Positions 48,258 to 60,000 of a stretch of 60,000 nucleotides of DNA are shown here, piece after piece. This stretch comes from Lama guanicoe (taxonomy: Eukaryota): positions 1,614,001 through 1,674,000 of the forward strand of contig MU053504.1 of assembly GCA_013239625.1 (NCBI GenBank), given 5' to 3'. The translations under genes were made by a program, and so were the position numbers. How positions within the stretch are numbered: position 1 is the first letter of the stretch; each line of letters begins with the position of its first letter. Below the pieces are notes generated by a model. The model was not told the origin of the DNA and did no database searches. It worked only from the letters and a program-made list of their open reading frames with translations.

Positions 48258-48818
48258 TGTTCCGGGCAATCTTAAACACGCTGGACACTGAGCCCGGCTA
48301 GAGTGATGGCAGAGCAGAGCTCTAAGACCAGAAAAGAGCCTGAGGCTGACTGCGGCTGAGTCCCCAGGCTTTGCCCCAAGGCAGGGTGTTGGAGTCAGGG
48401 CTCAGAGTGACTTCTCTCAGCCTGGGCTCCCTCTGGCCTCCATCCTGACCTGACCAAGTCTTCAAGGATTCCAGAGGAGATGTTGCCTTTTGTGGCCCCA
48501 AGACCTGGAGCAGAAATACCAAGGAAAGGATGCAGAGAAGAAAGGGAGCAGAGAGAGAAGGGAGGGAGGTAGTTGGGGGGGGCAGGCAGAAGAGGCAAGG
48601 GAGAGATGTAGTGGGACCAGGGGAGAAGCAAGAGGCAGGAGAGGGCCAAGGAGCTGCCTGAGGCACAGGGGGAAAGGGGAGTAGGGGAAAGGAGAAAAAA
48701 AGGCAGATTGGATAGAGGGGACAAAGTGGGACAGATGGACACAGAAAAGCATCTGCCAAATGCAACCGGACATCTGCCCTGAAGCTTCATGGTCAAGGCT
48801 GGAAGGTCCTAATGTGAC

Positions 48819-48845
48819 TGTGTGTGTGTGTGTGTGTGTGTGTGT
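48819..48845. repeat. (TG)n microsatellite
   Basis: Seen directly. Confidence 0.95.
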
Positions 48846-49374
48846 CCTTGTGTCTGTCTATGGGCCAGTGGGCTGTGTCTGTATTTCTCTGGGTGTGTCT
48901 GTGTTTCTCAATGAGTATCTCAGGGTCTGTATCTGTGACTGTGCTTAAGGATCACAGAGCATGTCCTTAATGATCTTGTTCTTCTCTGTATTTGGGGGGG
49001 GTGTGAGTGTGTGGTTGGTGTGGTTGGGTGTGTGTATTGGGGGGAGCTGAGGTCTCAGTGGACTCTGTCTCTCACACTGGCTGAGTGACCTGAGTTGGGG
49101 TGCTTAGTTTCCTCCTGGGCAGACAGCACCTGACCCCCTTCTCTGTTCAGTCTGGGGTGATGTTCCGCTGGATGCAGGCACACGAAGCACTGCCGGCTTG
49201 GATGAAATGGGCTGGGGATCTGGGAACCTAGGTGGGTCCCTGAAGCTGGTTGTGGATGTCAGTGGAAACTGGAACTCCTGGAACTTCTGGTCACCCTTGG
49301 CTCACAACACCCCCCCTCGCCTCCCTCTCTTACTCTTTTCTCTCTGACCCTCGATGTCTCTCTCCATCATTTTG

Positions 49375-49382
49375 CTCGCGCT

Positions 49383-49420
<38 letters not shown>
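49375..49420. repeat. (CT)n microsatellite with CTCGCG lead-in
   Basis: Seen directly. Confidence 0.95.
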
Positions 49421-49425
<5 letters not shown>

Positions 49426-49720
49426 GTCCATCAATGTCTTTCCCCCTCTCTGCCTTTATTTCCATCCCTCTGCAGGAGGATCCCCAACCCAGCCCCTCCA
49501 CGGCCACTCTCTGGCACTGCCCCGCCCCCACCCCCAGGTCGCCTAGTCCCTAGTTCTATCTAGAACTGTGCTGGCCCAAGATCGCTTCCCCTACGGGATC
49601 TGTCCCTTTTTGGGGTGGCTCTGCCCACGACTTCGGGTCTGAGAACTGGTCCCCCACCCCGCCTCTCCCCTTCCGAACCCGGGAGAAGACGACGCACACA
49701 GGCCAGTGCCTTTTAAATGA

Positions 49721-50402
<682 letters not shown>

Positions 50403-51512
50403 TCAGTTCCCTTGCTTTTCAGGTGACTGAGGACCAGCTCTCAGTGACAGCCCTCAGCATCCTCCCCTCTGTTGATGGAGGGATCCCCCGTGGGCTCCAT
50501 GAAAAAGACGTTCCTTCTCAGCTTGGGCGTCTCTGGGGCCTCAAGGTGTGCGCCCTCTGTAAGCTGCCCGCCACCCTCCCCCTAATGCAGACTTTCCTGC
50601 TCTGCCCGTGATGCTCAAGCCCCATCTCTAGCCCCACGCCTCAGAACACACCCAGGCCCTCCCTCCCATGTCCTGTCCCCTGTCTGACTTTGCTTGCCCT
50701 GCTCTGCGCCCCCCACCCCCAGCTAGTGGGCCTCACTGGAGCCCTGACCTCGGCTCATCCGCCGTGGACCATGTGGGTGGCAGGTACCCAGGCCCTAGAG
50801 AAGGGCATGAGGTGCCTAGGTGACTCGTTTTCCAAAGCTGCCAAGCAGAGGGAGGGTGGTCTGTGGGGGCTGCCCATCCCCACTCTAGTTTATTCAACTG
50901 CTCAAAATTGGCCGCCTGTGGCCTGGGCAGAACTGAGCCTGGTGATTGGCTTTCCTTCAGCTCTGCTGAAAACAGAGTAAAAGGGAGTGGACTGGACGTG
51001 CAGCTAGAGACCTGGGCTAGGTACCCAGTAGAACTTCCTCACAGGATGCTTGAGGGGTACTGCCCACTCAGGCAAGCTCAGAGCAATGGCCACTTTCTGT
51101 GTGGGGCCTGGGGCCCATAGCTAGAAGAGGGTAGGGGCTGAATGGGGAAGGCCTCGAGTGCTGGGGAAGACTGAGCCTTCAAGCTTCAGCTGGAGAAGAC
51201 CCCCCATGAGCACAGAGGAAGCCTCTCTGCCCAGTTCTCCGGTATCCAGCCCCAAGCTCAGTTACTGGGGAAACACCTCTCTTTCCTGCATCCCTTGTCT
51301 GGATAGGACGGCGTCCAGGAAGCCCTGCAGCCTGTCCTAGCCTGCCCCACAGCCTACAGCCTTGTCCCCTCGGCTCTGCCATGCCAAGCCTCCCTTCTTC
51401 CTCTGGGCACTTCCCCTGAAGCCTGCCTCTCCCACGACTTCCTAGCCCTGCACTGTGGTGCCATCCCTGGGCCTCTGCCCCTGCCCAGCAGCCCTGAGAT
51501 GGGCCGCGGTCA

Positions 51513-51834
<322 letters not shown>

Positions 51835-53150
51835 GGCCTGTCTGTGCAGGGGACGTGGGGGAGGGGTGCCGGCCTCTGGGCTGTCATCGGCAGTGGTGTG
51901 GCTGCGGTGTGACAGCAGCTGCCATGACTGTGATCGCAATTCTCTAGATTCAAGAGAGGGACAACAGGGGGTGGGCTGAGGGGAGTCACCTGGAGACCCA
52001 TCTCTAAGCTTTCTGGCTGTCCAAAAGAGGCTGGGGGTCAACGGGCTCCATCCCCTGACCCAGATCCCTGAGAAGGGGCAGAGGGACTCACGGGGCTGCT
52101 GTGTAAGGTCCTGCCCCAGCAGTGGTGGGCAGGTGACAGTCAGGTGTGCAGAACCCTATCAGGAAGGCTATCCCTGTGAGAGAACAAGTGACCAGGAGAG
52201 GCCTTTGTAGCAGCTGCACCAGGAAAGAAATTGCTGCCTGCAGCCTCCATCATGGAAGCAATGGACCGACATGGAATCAGGGGCCGTTCCCACAAGGTGA
52301 TGGGGCAGGCTCCTGGGAGAGCCCAGGAGGCTCCCACCCCCTCACGCACCAGAGCAGGATCTAGGAACTCAGAGACTGGGGGCCTTGGGGACAGCTTCTT
52401 GGCATGTCCCCATCACTCCCCTCCCAGGCAGGAGCATGCGTTAGAGAGCTTCTATGGCATAAAGAAATCCAGAACCTGTAAAGTTGAAGGGTTGGGGGAG
52501 AGCCCCCTGGAAACTGAGAGCCAGCTTGCCCTAATTCCTACCCTGACCAGGACTCCAGTTTGTGGGGACCAGGGCAGGTACCAGCTCAGGCCGGGGTTGG
52601 GAGCCGGGGCATGGGAGGCTTTGGGGCTAGGGGAGGGGAGAAGCCACAGGCAAGTGGGCCCAGCCTGAGAAAGCAGCCTTTGGTATATGGCCCCAGGCTG
52701 AGGGGTTTAAGGGACTGAAGGCTCCTCGCTTGGCCGCCAGAGTGGCCTCTGGTCCTTGGACCCAAGCTCGCTGCCCTGCTCCTCTCAGGCTCTGTGCAGC
52801 CCCCAGCTCACCCAGCTCCCAGGCTCTTGGCCTCCCCTCCAGGGTGCTGCCGGGAAGCTCCATCCGCCTCCTGCCCACCAAGTGCTGTGCAGGGTCTAGG
52901 GTCCCAGGGGTGGGGGGCTGTGAGGATGCAGGAGCACCATGGTCAGTCGGAATCTGGCCTCTGTTACTCGAAGCATCATGACTCAGGTGGGTCACTTGAC
53001 TCTTCTGGGCCTCACTTTCCTCCAGTGTGAAGTAGGGGAGATACTGACACCCACATCATGGGGTGAGATAATGTCAGAAAAGTGCACACCATTGTAAAGC
53101 TAATTAATATTAATAGTCATATTGTATTCCTGTTAATGCCATCATTCTTA

Positions 53151-53308
53151 ATTGTATTTTTTAAAGTGGTAGCTTCTTTTTATTTATTTATTTGGGGGGT
53201 GTAATTAGGCTTATTTATTTATTTACTTAATGGAGGTACTAGGGATTGAACCCAGATCTCATGCGTGCTAAGCATGCGCTCTACCACTGAGCTATGCCCT
53301 CTACCCCC
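53151..53308 (-). mobile_element. tRNA-derived SINE (camelid vic-1-like) ~1.5 kb upstream of AVP
   Basis: 16-bp TSD AATGCCAT(C/T)ATTCTTA at 53135-53150 and 53309-53324. Confidence 0.86.
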
Positions 53309-56099
53309 AATGCCATTATTCTTATTAAGACCTGAAGAGGTTTTTCCAGACAGAGTAGCTTCCTGAGTTAAACCAGGAGGAACCTTTTCATTCTACTCAT
53401 GGCCCAGAAATCAACTTGGCCTGAACTGTTGCCCTCCTGAGAAGCGGAGTTGTGGGGCAGGCCGCGGGGGGAGGCCAGAGGCCTGGCTTAGCCTAGCTGT
53501 GTGGCCTTGGCCCAGCACCTTACCCTCTCTGTACTTTAGGTCCAACTTACCATCTGGAAACCAAAGGAGCTACAGGAAATGAAAGGCTCAGGCTGTGGGA
53601 CAGGCTGTGTCCCCACCAGCCGTGGCTACCTGGATCATCAATCTCAGATTTCGCTTCCCACACCAGGGCCCCTTGAAGACCTCAAGCCCCACCTCCACAC
53701 AGACACCAGAGTGTCTGCTTCTCCACTGGCTGGAGAAGCCACACTGGCTGGAGAAAGTCCCATTACTGTGCTGACTGGCGACATTTCCAGTATATCACCT
53801 CACACATCACATGGGCCCTCGGGACTCCCTCACCCCTTCTACCCTTATATGTTCTCTTCCCAAGACTACTTTTTCACACCTTTGCCATCCTTAAGTCTCC
53901 TACACCTTAACTCACGATCTTGATTCAATGTCATTTAAAAAGAGAGGATTTAAGTCTTTCACCATTCCTTTCCCACCCACCATCTTCTTGATATAATGAT
54001 ATCATAATGGTTAGATCACTATTACCAGTTAGACTGCAAATATGCCCTCTAAGCTAAACCCTGGTATATTATGATGACCTTTCCATTGTTGAAGAACTTT
54101 TTGTGTTCCCTGGACTTAGTGATCACCTTGGTTTTTCATGTGGTCCATCTGCCATTTTTATCCAGAAGTCAACACTTACTCTTCAACTCCCTCCTCTCAG
54201 GCTTCTGCCCACACCAGTCCACTGAGACTCCTGTTATCAAGGTCATAACCTACCTCCATCCTGCCAGATTTGGTGGGCGTGTCTGTGTCCTCATTTTACA
54301 TAATCCCCTAGTAGCATTCAGCATGGTTGAGCACTCATCCTCTTTAAAAATACGCTTTTAAAATCCACCACACTGGGATCTTCTTTTCTCAGTCTTCTTT
54401 TCTGGCTCTTCCTCTTTGACCTTGACCTCTGTATATTGGAGCATCTCAGGACTCCGTCCTGGATTCCTTCTCTTCTCTTCTCTTCTTAGGTGATTGCTTC
54501 TAACCCATAATTTTATTCACTTTCTACAAGTGAATGATTCCCAGATTCATACCTCCATCCTGGGCCTTTCCCCCAGGTGCCAGACCTGTAGCTACAACTG
54601 CCCAGTGGCGCCTCCCCGTAGACATTTCACTAGGCCTCTCCAACTCGGCGTGGTTAAACAACTCTTGATTCTTAATTGCTCCCCTGGTCTTTCCCAGGTT
54701 TCTCTAACTGCAATGACGCCACCATCCAGCCAGCTGGTCCTCCCAGAACGTGGGACTCACCCTGTTCCTTTGCTTCCCCCCTGTTAGTCCTACCTCTAAA
54801 ATCTATCTCAAACTATCTGTTTCTTTCCACCTCTGCACTGGAATCTCAGAGTCTGCTGTTTCCTTGTCCTAAAAGTCTCACCTACCCTTCCGCCTCCCCA
54901 GGGCTTCACCTGGTTGTCTTAAGTGTCATCTTTCAAGAGGAACCTTTCCTAAGCGCCCTCCTGGAGCATCCCTCACCCCTGCCTCAATTATTTTCTAACT
55001 TGGGTCTACATTGCTGGGTTTAATAGCACCTCCTACAACTTGCGGTTCATTTGTTTGTCTGTTTATTGTTTTGTGTATGTGTGGCTGTACTCCCTCCAGA
55101 ATGAAAGCCCCAGGGCAGAAAGAACTCCAATCTTGGTTCTGTACTGTAGCGCCACTCCTGGTACAGTGCTTGCCACACAGAGGGTTTTCAGTAGATTATG
55201 GGAAAAGGAAGGGAGGGAGGGGCGCCCTGGGCACCAGCCCCGTCTCTCCAGGGAGTTACTGTGTGACCTTGGGCAAGTCACACCTGTTCCAAAGGTTGCT
55301 TGCTGTTCCGACCCCATGTCCTAGTTCCCTGAGGTCTTAAATGAAGCAGAAGAAGATGCTCTAAAGGGTTAGGATTTTCTGAGATCTTTACACAACAAAG
55401 AGTTGCAGGCCTCTCGATTAAACCCCAAACCTCAAAATGTTCTTTAAATACTTCCTTACCCTTAGACCATCTTTTCTGAGAACAAGTAGCAGTTGACTGT
55501 CCTGATCTCCCATTCCTTTTTTTAAATTCCTCTTTTCTCAGGGTCAGCCCAGTGCCTGTACCACATGACATCTCTGCTCCCCTCCAAAGAGGGGAGTGCT
55601 CTCATTTTCAAACAGGTCTGCTGCCAGCTGCTAGTAGTTGGCGTCTCATCTCATCTGTCTTCTGTTAGTCTGGCTCAAGGACTCTCAGCAGTGTGGACAC
55701 ACACATTCTCCGTGAACTCCGCAGAGGTGAACGGAAGCGAGAAGTTGTAGGAGCCCAAGAACTGCGGACTGAAGAGAATCAAAGCGGGCGGCTGAACAGG
55801 GGTGACGGACATAAAAAACCATTGGGCCTTGATGTGAAACTGTAGTTAGTCTGCACCAGGAGTAAAGGGGAAAAAAACCCTTTCACTTCTTCATCAGAGG
55901 GAGGAAGCTGAATGTGATATTAATCAGAGCCCTAAAGGGGGTTACATTTAACTTAAATCAGAAAAGACATCATAAGAATTCTTACTTGCAAAAACAACCA
56001 AAATAAAACGCAAAAATAAACTAGGGAAAATATTTTTGACAGACTCTTTTCTGCATTAAAAGCCCGCACAGCGGCCAAGTAGATGGGTTCACATCTGGG

Positions 56100-56810
56100 G
56101 ACTCGGCTCCAGTGCCACATCCCACGGGGCCGGCCCGGCGCACCCGCTACGGACAGTGGCTGCTGCTTAGGTGGTGTGGGGGGAGGGATACCGAGGTGGC
56201 CCCCTTGGCTGGGCTGGGGAAGAGCCAGGGGAGGGTCATATGCCAGCTCCCCAAGCAGCAGCCGGACGATCGGTAAGAAACGCCGTGGGCCGAGGGGACC
56301 CGACGGGGTCGAGCGCAAATCGGGCGGCGCTGCCGGGGCGCACGGCCGCCTGGCTGGCGGCTCCCGGGAGGCCCGCGGCTGCGGCGGGACGAGCCGAACC
56401 CCAGCCGCCCGCCGCCCGGAGCCCGGGAGCGCGGCGCTCGCATCTCTCTGCGCCGCCCTCCTCCCGGACCCCGCGCTCCCGGCGGGGAAACGCGCGCGGG
56501 GCGGCCCCGCGTGGCGCGAGTGGAGGTTGGCCTGGCGGGCGGGGAGGTCCCGGTACATCTTCGGGGCCTGCGGTCTGCGGAGCGAAGGTTGAGTGGGGAG
56601 CTCCGGGAAGAGAGGGCGGGAGGGCGCACCTGGCAGGACAAACAGCTTGTGTGTGCAAAGGGGTGAAGGAGCAGGATCCAAGCGTGTGTATGTGTGTGCG
56701 CGTGTGTGCGCGCGTGTGTGTGTGTCGGAACGTAATACAAAGACGTACAGGCATGTTGAACCACAGGCAACAGAGACTTCATCGCACTGAGTACCCGGCG
56801 GCGCTGTTCT
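56100..56810. other. CpG island with no recognisable coding exon
   Basis: Dense CpG and very high GC by inspection; ends in a mixed TG/CG dinucleotide run (~56684-56725). Confidence 0.75.
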
Positions 56811-59800
56811 AAGCCTTTTACATGTATTTCCTCCTTGAGCTCGCATAAAACCCTAGAAAGGAGGAAGTAATTTTTACCTTCATTTCCAGACAGGAAACTG
56901 AAGGAAAGAGAGATTGGGTAACTTGTCCCAGGAGGCACAGGCGATAAACTGTAGACCTGGGGTTGGAACACAAGCCCCAGAGTCTGAGCCCTTCACCCCT
57001 GGGCTGCCTCGCAGCCCACCAACAGTGATTAAGCCACCAGCACATTAACCACTTCCTAGGATTCAGGGTTGGAAGCTGGTGGTCCTGTGCCTGGCTGGGG
57101 GTTCAGGATGTCACCTGGGAATTCTTTACCCGCTTTGAGCACCTTCCACATGACTGGGTGTCCCTCCTCATGGCAAGGGAGGCAGCCACAAAATAGGCCT
57201 CCTCCTCTGAGCGTCTCCCTTCTCAGGGAGGAGAAACTTGCCTGTCTATCTTCTGCACTAAGCAGGGGAGATGCATAAACAGGGCTAATGGAGAACAGCT
57301 AACGTTCACTGCAAGCTGATAAGGTGTTCCCAGCACCACACTACATGCTATGGAACATAGGTTTATCACCATTTTATTGATGTGCAAACTGAGGCACAAA
57401 GGGTAAAGCAGTTTCCTGAAGTGCCATAGCTAGCAAGGATCTGGAGCAGGATCCCAACCTAGCATCCAAACTCCGGAGCACCTGAGAGGGGTCCCCAACC
57501 CTGAGTCTTTCGAGGCTTTGGCAGGTTCCCCCAGGTTGTGATTCACTGTTTTGTTGGGGAGAGGGAACTCCAGGAGCTCCCACCATCACGTACTAAATTT
57601 GTTCATCTGAGGCCGCCCCAATTTGCTTCAAAATAACGTGACAGGGGTGAATTGGGTGAGGGTAAGTACAGAAGAAACGAGACTGGCCATGAATTGAGAA
57701 TTGTTGAAATTGGATGATGGGGACAGGAGAGTTGATTATACTAATCTGTATTTTTGTGTATTTGTGAGATTTTTCATAATAAAAAGGTTTTTTTCCAAAT
57801 TATCAGCCCCACCTTTTTTGGGACTTGGGGTAAAATATGACTAAACATAAAAGTTGTGAGTCAAGCTAACAAAATGTTAAATAAAACGGGTTCTGTTCTC
57901 CCACCTTGACAAATACATGTTCATGATAACTCGAAGCCCAGGTTCATATTCGGAGTTCTGCAGCCGAACTTGGCAACCTAGGGGCACTGGTCTTTGTTCT
58001 GTCCCAAATCCCAAGGGCCAAGCACACGAATGGGCATTCCTGGCTCTGCCTGTGCACCTTGCAAATTGCCTCCCCTTCCCACTACGCAGGCAGGCACATT
58101 TGCACACGTGAGGTGTGAGGTGTAGTCCCCCTGGGGCACAGGCTCATGGAAGAGGACTCCTCCAGCCACAGACACAGCTGTAGGGAGGCTAGGCAGGGCT
58201 TTCCAGGCCACAGCCCACAATGTACAGATTCTGGGTGGGCCTCTCCCCTGGTCTCACCCTAAGGAGAACCAGAGCAAGCTCTCTAGAGGCCAGGGCTGTC
58301 CGCTCTCGTCTGGGTCTGAGGCATTTCTGGTCCTTGAGTCTCCCAGAACCCCGCCCTCAGGAGGCACATGGTTCCAACAACTCAGCTGCTTCATCGTCAC
58401 CTGCCATAGGATACCAGGGTCCGAACCACAGCATAAACATCCATTCCACTGCTTCTGCCCCTTCCTGGACAATCCTCCGTGGTCCTTATGTTCTTGAGAA
58501 TCTATGCCCATCCCTTAAGTGTCTAAATAGAGCTCCCTTGGTGTGCATCCAGTGGAGAAAGGGTAATGCCCCAAAAGAAAATCAGGATGATATTATGTGA
58601 AGGGATAATGTGTGCCCCACCCCTACAAAGTCCACTGAGATATTTTTCTGAAATTAGAACCAGAATTCCATCTGTCTCGCCCCCACCCCTGACTTTAGCA
58701 GAACTGACTCTTCCTGCAGGTCGATGTGGTACCCTGTCTAGACATCCCTTGATCATGTGCTTCTCCATCTCTCTCCCCTACTTGACAATGTTCCTCTCAT
58801 CAGTGTGTCCCCAGGACCCTGCAATGGGCCCCACACTGGCTCTTGTGGCCGAGTTAGTGTGCCACGCTGCCCGGGTGAGCGTCAGAGTCCTCTGTCTGTG
58901 CTGGCCACCCACAGCCAGGATACAAAGTACAAGCAAAGGGATGTTTTCAGGCTTTCCCCTCCCCTCTCTGCTAAGAGGATTCTATGACAGCTTCAGAAAC
59001 CATGTAGGGTCACTGTTGCCCACAGCATTGGTGGAAGCAGCCACAAGCCCATCCAGAGTCAAGAGAAGGAAACAAGTGCCCCTTTGGATGGGAGGAGAGC
59101 TGACTAATTGGCAACCAATCATTGAAAGTAGTCACAGTGGTGTGAAATCAGGAGGAAAGGATGAGACTCAGGTTTGGAATAGGGGTTTCCAGGGAGCATT
59201 GAAAAGAAAGGTCTGGGAGCAGATGCACAAAAGTACTGCGGGAGATACACACGAGGATAAAAGAAGAATTTTAAGAAGAGCTGCTGAGTAACATTACATT
59301 ATCACGTGAAACGGCATTTTGGCTGCTGAATCTGTGGTTTTGCTCCAGATCAAAGATGGAGCTGCACGGGGCCGCAACTCTGCAGGTGTTAAACAGACCA
59401 GCTGGACCAGGTCCAGCTAAACCACGCCCAGCCCCGCCCTTGGGTTCCTTAAGTTGAGGAAACTTCCAGGGTTGAGGCACTTACCATCATTTCCGCCATC
59501 TCATTACAGAAGGTCAGTCTGCCAAAGCTGTCTCATGCTAGCGCGTGCCCCAGCATCTCATTTCCCCCATGTTCACGCTCCCCTGTCCCCTCCTCATTCC
59601 CAGGGGCCCGATCCCCCCAAGCCTGATCTCATCCTTAGGGTGGGAGGGAGAGGAAGGCAGGTGAGAGGGGCTCTCTCTGGAGGATCCTGATTTCTGAGAC
59701 AGGCTAATTACAGGCTTCCTAATTAATGAGCCATGGGGTTGCATTTCATCAGCTGAGTCACGGTTGATGTCTGGGCCCTGGGCCCAAGGGGAGGGTAGGA

Positions 59801-60000
59801 AGCATCACGGGAGGGGCAGGCCAGCCTGTGTCTCTGCCTACCCACCCTGATTCTCTACCCCCTCTCTTCTCAAACCCAGTTCTCCTTATGGGTTTACAGG
59901 GTGTCGGCAGCCCCGCTTCCCCTCTATGCCTGCTTCTGCTTCCTGATGCCTACCTGGGACTGCCCCTAGTCTCTCCATCGCTTACACCTGTCCACTCCAC

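Noticed and set aside
53722..53756. Short tandem duplication of CACTGGCTGGAGAA
   Set aside because: Two copies inside an old L2-like relic with no sign of function.
55953..56971. Long overlapping ORFs of 170-297 aa
   Set aside because: Open in several frames on both strands, low-complexity Arg/Pro/Gly/Ala content and no recognisable domain, as expected in a CpG island.
58566..59291. 241-aa ORF near the window end
   Set aside because: No recognisable homology or exon structure, and part looks repeat-derived; not supportable without a database search.

Overview
Mammalian genomic DNA, the conserved block orthologous to human 20p13: the last eight coding exons of PTPRA (+), an apparently intact GNRH2 (+), MRPS26 (+), about 18 kb of repeat-rich intergenic DNA, then the tail-to-tail neurohypophyseal hormone genes OXT (+) and AVP (-), and a CpG island with no recognisable gene about 4.5 kb upstream of AVP. 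Six copies of a short tRNA-derived SINE resemble the camelid vic-1-type SINE, so a camel, llama or alpaca origin is inferred but not proven. Exon boundaries were checked by hand for GT-AG sites and reading phase. The most striking anomaly is AVP exon 2: it is 165 bp rather than 202 bp. It lacks the 37 nt encoding neurophysin II Gly65-Asp76 (three cysteines), which frameshifts exon 3 into a stop after three codons. The breakpoint lies at the edge of a 235-bp perfect OXT/AVP gene-conversion tract and next to a G-rich run, so an assembly or sequencing artefact must be excluded first. Other points of interest are the retained GnRH-II, a human-type oxytocin hormone-response element, and several unusual retrotransposition footprints. 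I see no convincing wholly new multi-gene system. Repeat family names are from recognition, not a database search, and their boundaries are approximate.
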